From an uncultured Actinomycetota bacterium (GTDB lineage Bacteria; Actinomycetota; Actinomycetes; S36-B12), in assembly GCA_963749905.1 (NCBI GenBank), contig CAVVOF010000003.1, positions 980,235 through 1,044,234 of the forward strand: DNA of 64,000 nucleotides. Direction: 5' to 3'. Positions 63,159 through 64,000 of this stretch are shown here, piece after piece; the stretch's first letter is position 1, and every line of letters begins with the position of its first letter. A program made the position numbers and the translations under genes. Under the pieces are notes generated by a model. That model did not search any database, was not told where the DNA came from, and saw only the letters and a program-made list of their open reading frames with translations.

Positions 63159-64000
63159 TTCGCCCGTGGGTCGAAGGTTCGCGCGGGGTCCTGCACCACC
63201 ACGTAGAGGGGCTTGCCAAGACTCATGTTCGTCGCCGCACCGATGTACTGGGCGATGATGCCCAGAGACAGCATCACCGCCCCGCCGACCACCATGAGGG
63301 CAATGAACATCGAGGCCCAACCGCTCACCGGGAGGTCGCCCACGATCCGCTCATAGGCCACCCACAAAGCGGCCAGACCTCCGACGATGACGAAGGCGAC
63401 CCCGATGAAGGAGACGAAGAACAGGGGCTTCGTTCCGGAGGAGACGACCAGTCGGCCGAAGTGAGAGAACAGGCGGGAGTAGCTGTAGTTGCCTGCTGCC
63501 CGACCTTCCTGGCGAAGGGTCACCGGGCACGTCGTCACATCTGCCACGACCCACGACAGGGCCACGTCGAGGTAGACCCCGGTGCCGGTGTAGGCGGCGA
63601 CCGACCGACCGACCTCGCCGAGTACGAGGCGGTAGGAGTTGAACTCCTCGAACTCTTGGTCGGCGAGGAACCGCACGAAGAGGCCCTTGGCCACTCTCGA
63701 TCCAAGGTTGCGGAGTGCACTGTGCGGAGGCGGATTCGTGGGGCTGCCGTACACGAGTTGCGCACCCTCGGCGTAGGCGGCGTCGATCATTGAGCCGATG
63801 TATGCGGGATCCTGCTGGCCGTCCTCGTCCATGGTGACGATCCAGTCGCCGCCCGAGGACGTCATGCCCGCCAGCGTCGCCGCATGCTGGCCGAAGTTGC
63901 GACTCAGCCAGACCGGTTGCACCCACGGGTGCTGGGCGTGCAGCTCGCGGATCACCTCGTCACTGCGGCCAGGACCGCGATCCCACACGAGGAGCACCTC
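63155..64000 (-). CDS. GtrB/ArnC-like polyprenyl-phosphate glycosyltransferase (5'-truncated by window edge)
   Basis: LSRNFGQHAATLAG, IVTMDEDGQQDP, FNSYRL, two C-terminal TMs, IAQYIG...KPLYVV. Confidence 0.9.
   Translation of the reverse strand, partial: EVLLVWDRGPGRSDEVIRELHAQHPWVQPVWLSRNFGQHAATLAGMTSSGGDWIVTMDEDGQQDPAYIGSMIDAAYAEGAQLVYGSPTNPPPHSALRNLGSRVAKGLFVRFLADQEFEEFNSYRLVLGEVGRSVAAYTGTGVYLDVALSWVVADVTTCPVTLRQEGRAAGNYSYSRLFSHFGRLVVSSGTKPLFFVSFIGVAFVIVGGLAALWVAYERIVGDLPVSGWASMFIALMVVGGAVMLSLGIIAQYIGAATNMSLGKPLYVVVQDPARTFDPRAK

Overview
High-GC, actinobacterial-type DNA. The whole 64 kb is one cell-surface glycan biosynthesis locus of about 55 genes that continues past the right edge. 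Nucleotide-sugar genes: rfbA/rmlA, gmd plus a gmd-like paralog, UDP-xylose synthase and two more SDR epimerases. Pseudaminic-acid pathway: pseB, pseC, pseG, pseI and pseF are recognisable but pseH is not; wbqC, DUF4910 and two tandem methyltransferases are interleaved with them. The window also holds many GT2/GT4/GT25/GT61-type glycosyltransferases, about 8 polytopic GT-C-like membrane proteins, a WecA-type initiator and two MsbA/PglK-type ABC exporters. Tailoring enzymes include seven methyltransferase domains, a PhyH dioxygenase, an ATP-grasp ligase, a QueC-like PP-loop ATPase and a pyruvyltransferase. The strongest leads are the pseH-less Pse module, a ~1190-aa FkbM-coil-GT4-GT4 fusion, the ATP-dependent tailoring genes, and many leaderless TANNNT promoters, including one 18-bp bidirectional promoter. 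Many genes at 0.9-38 kb and 56.6-62 kb have small indel frameshifts, most likely long-read assembly errors, so their boundaries were reconstructed by eye across frames. No rRNA, tRNA, CRISPR array, transposase or integrase was recognised. Family assignments come from motif recognition, not database searches.
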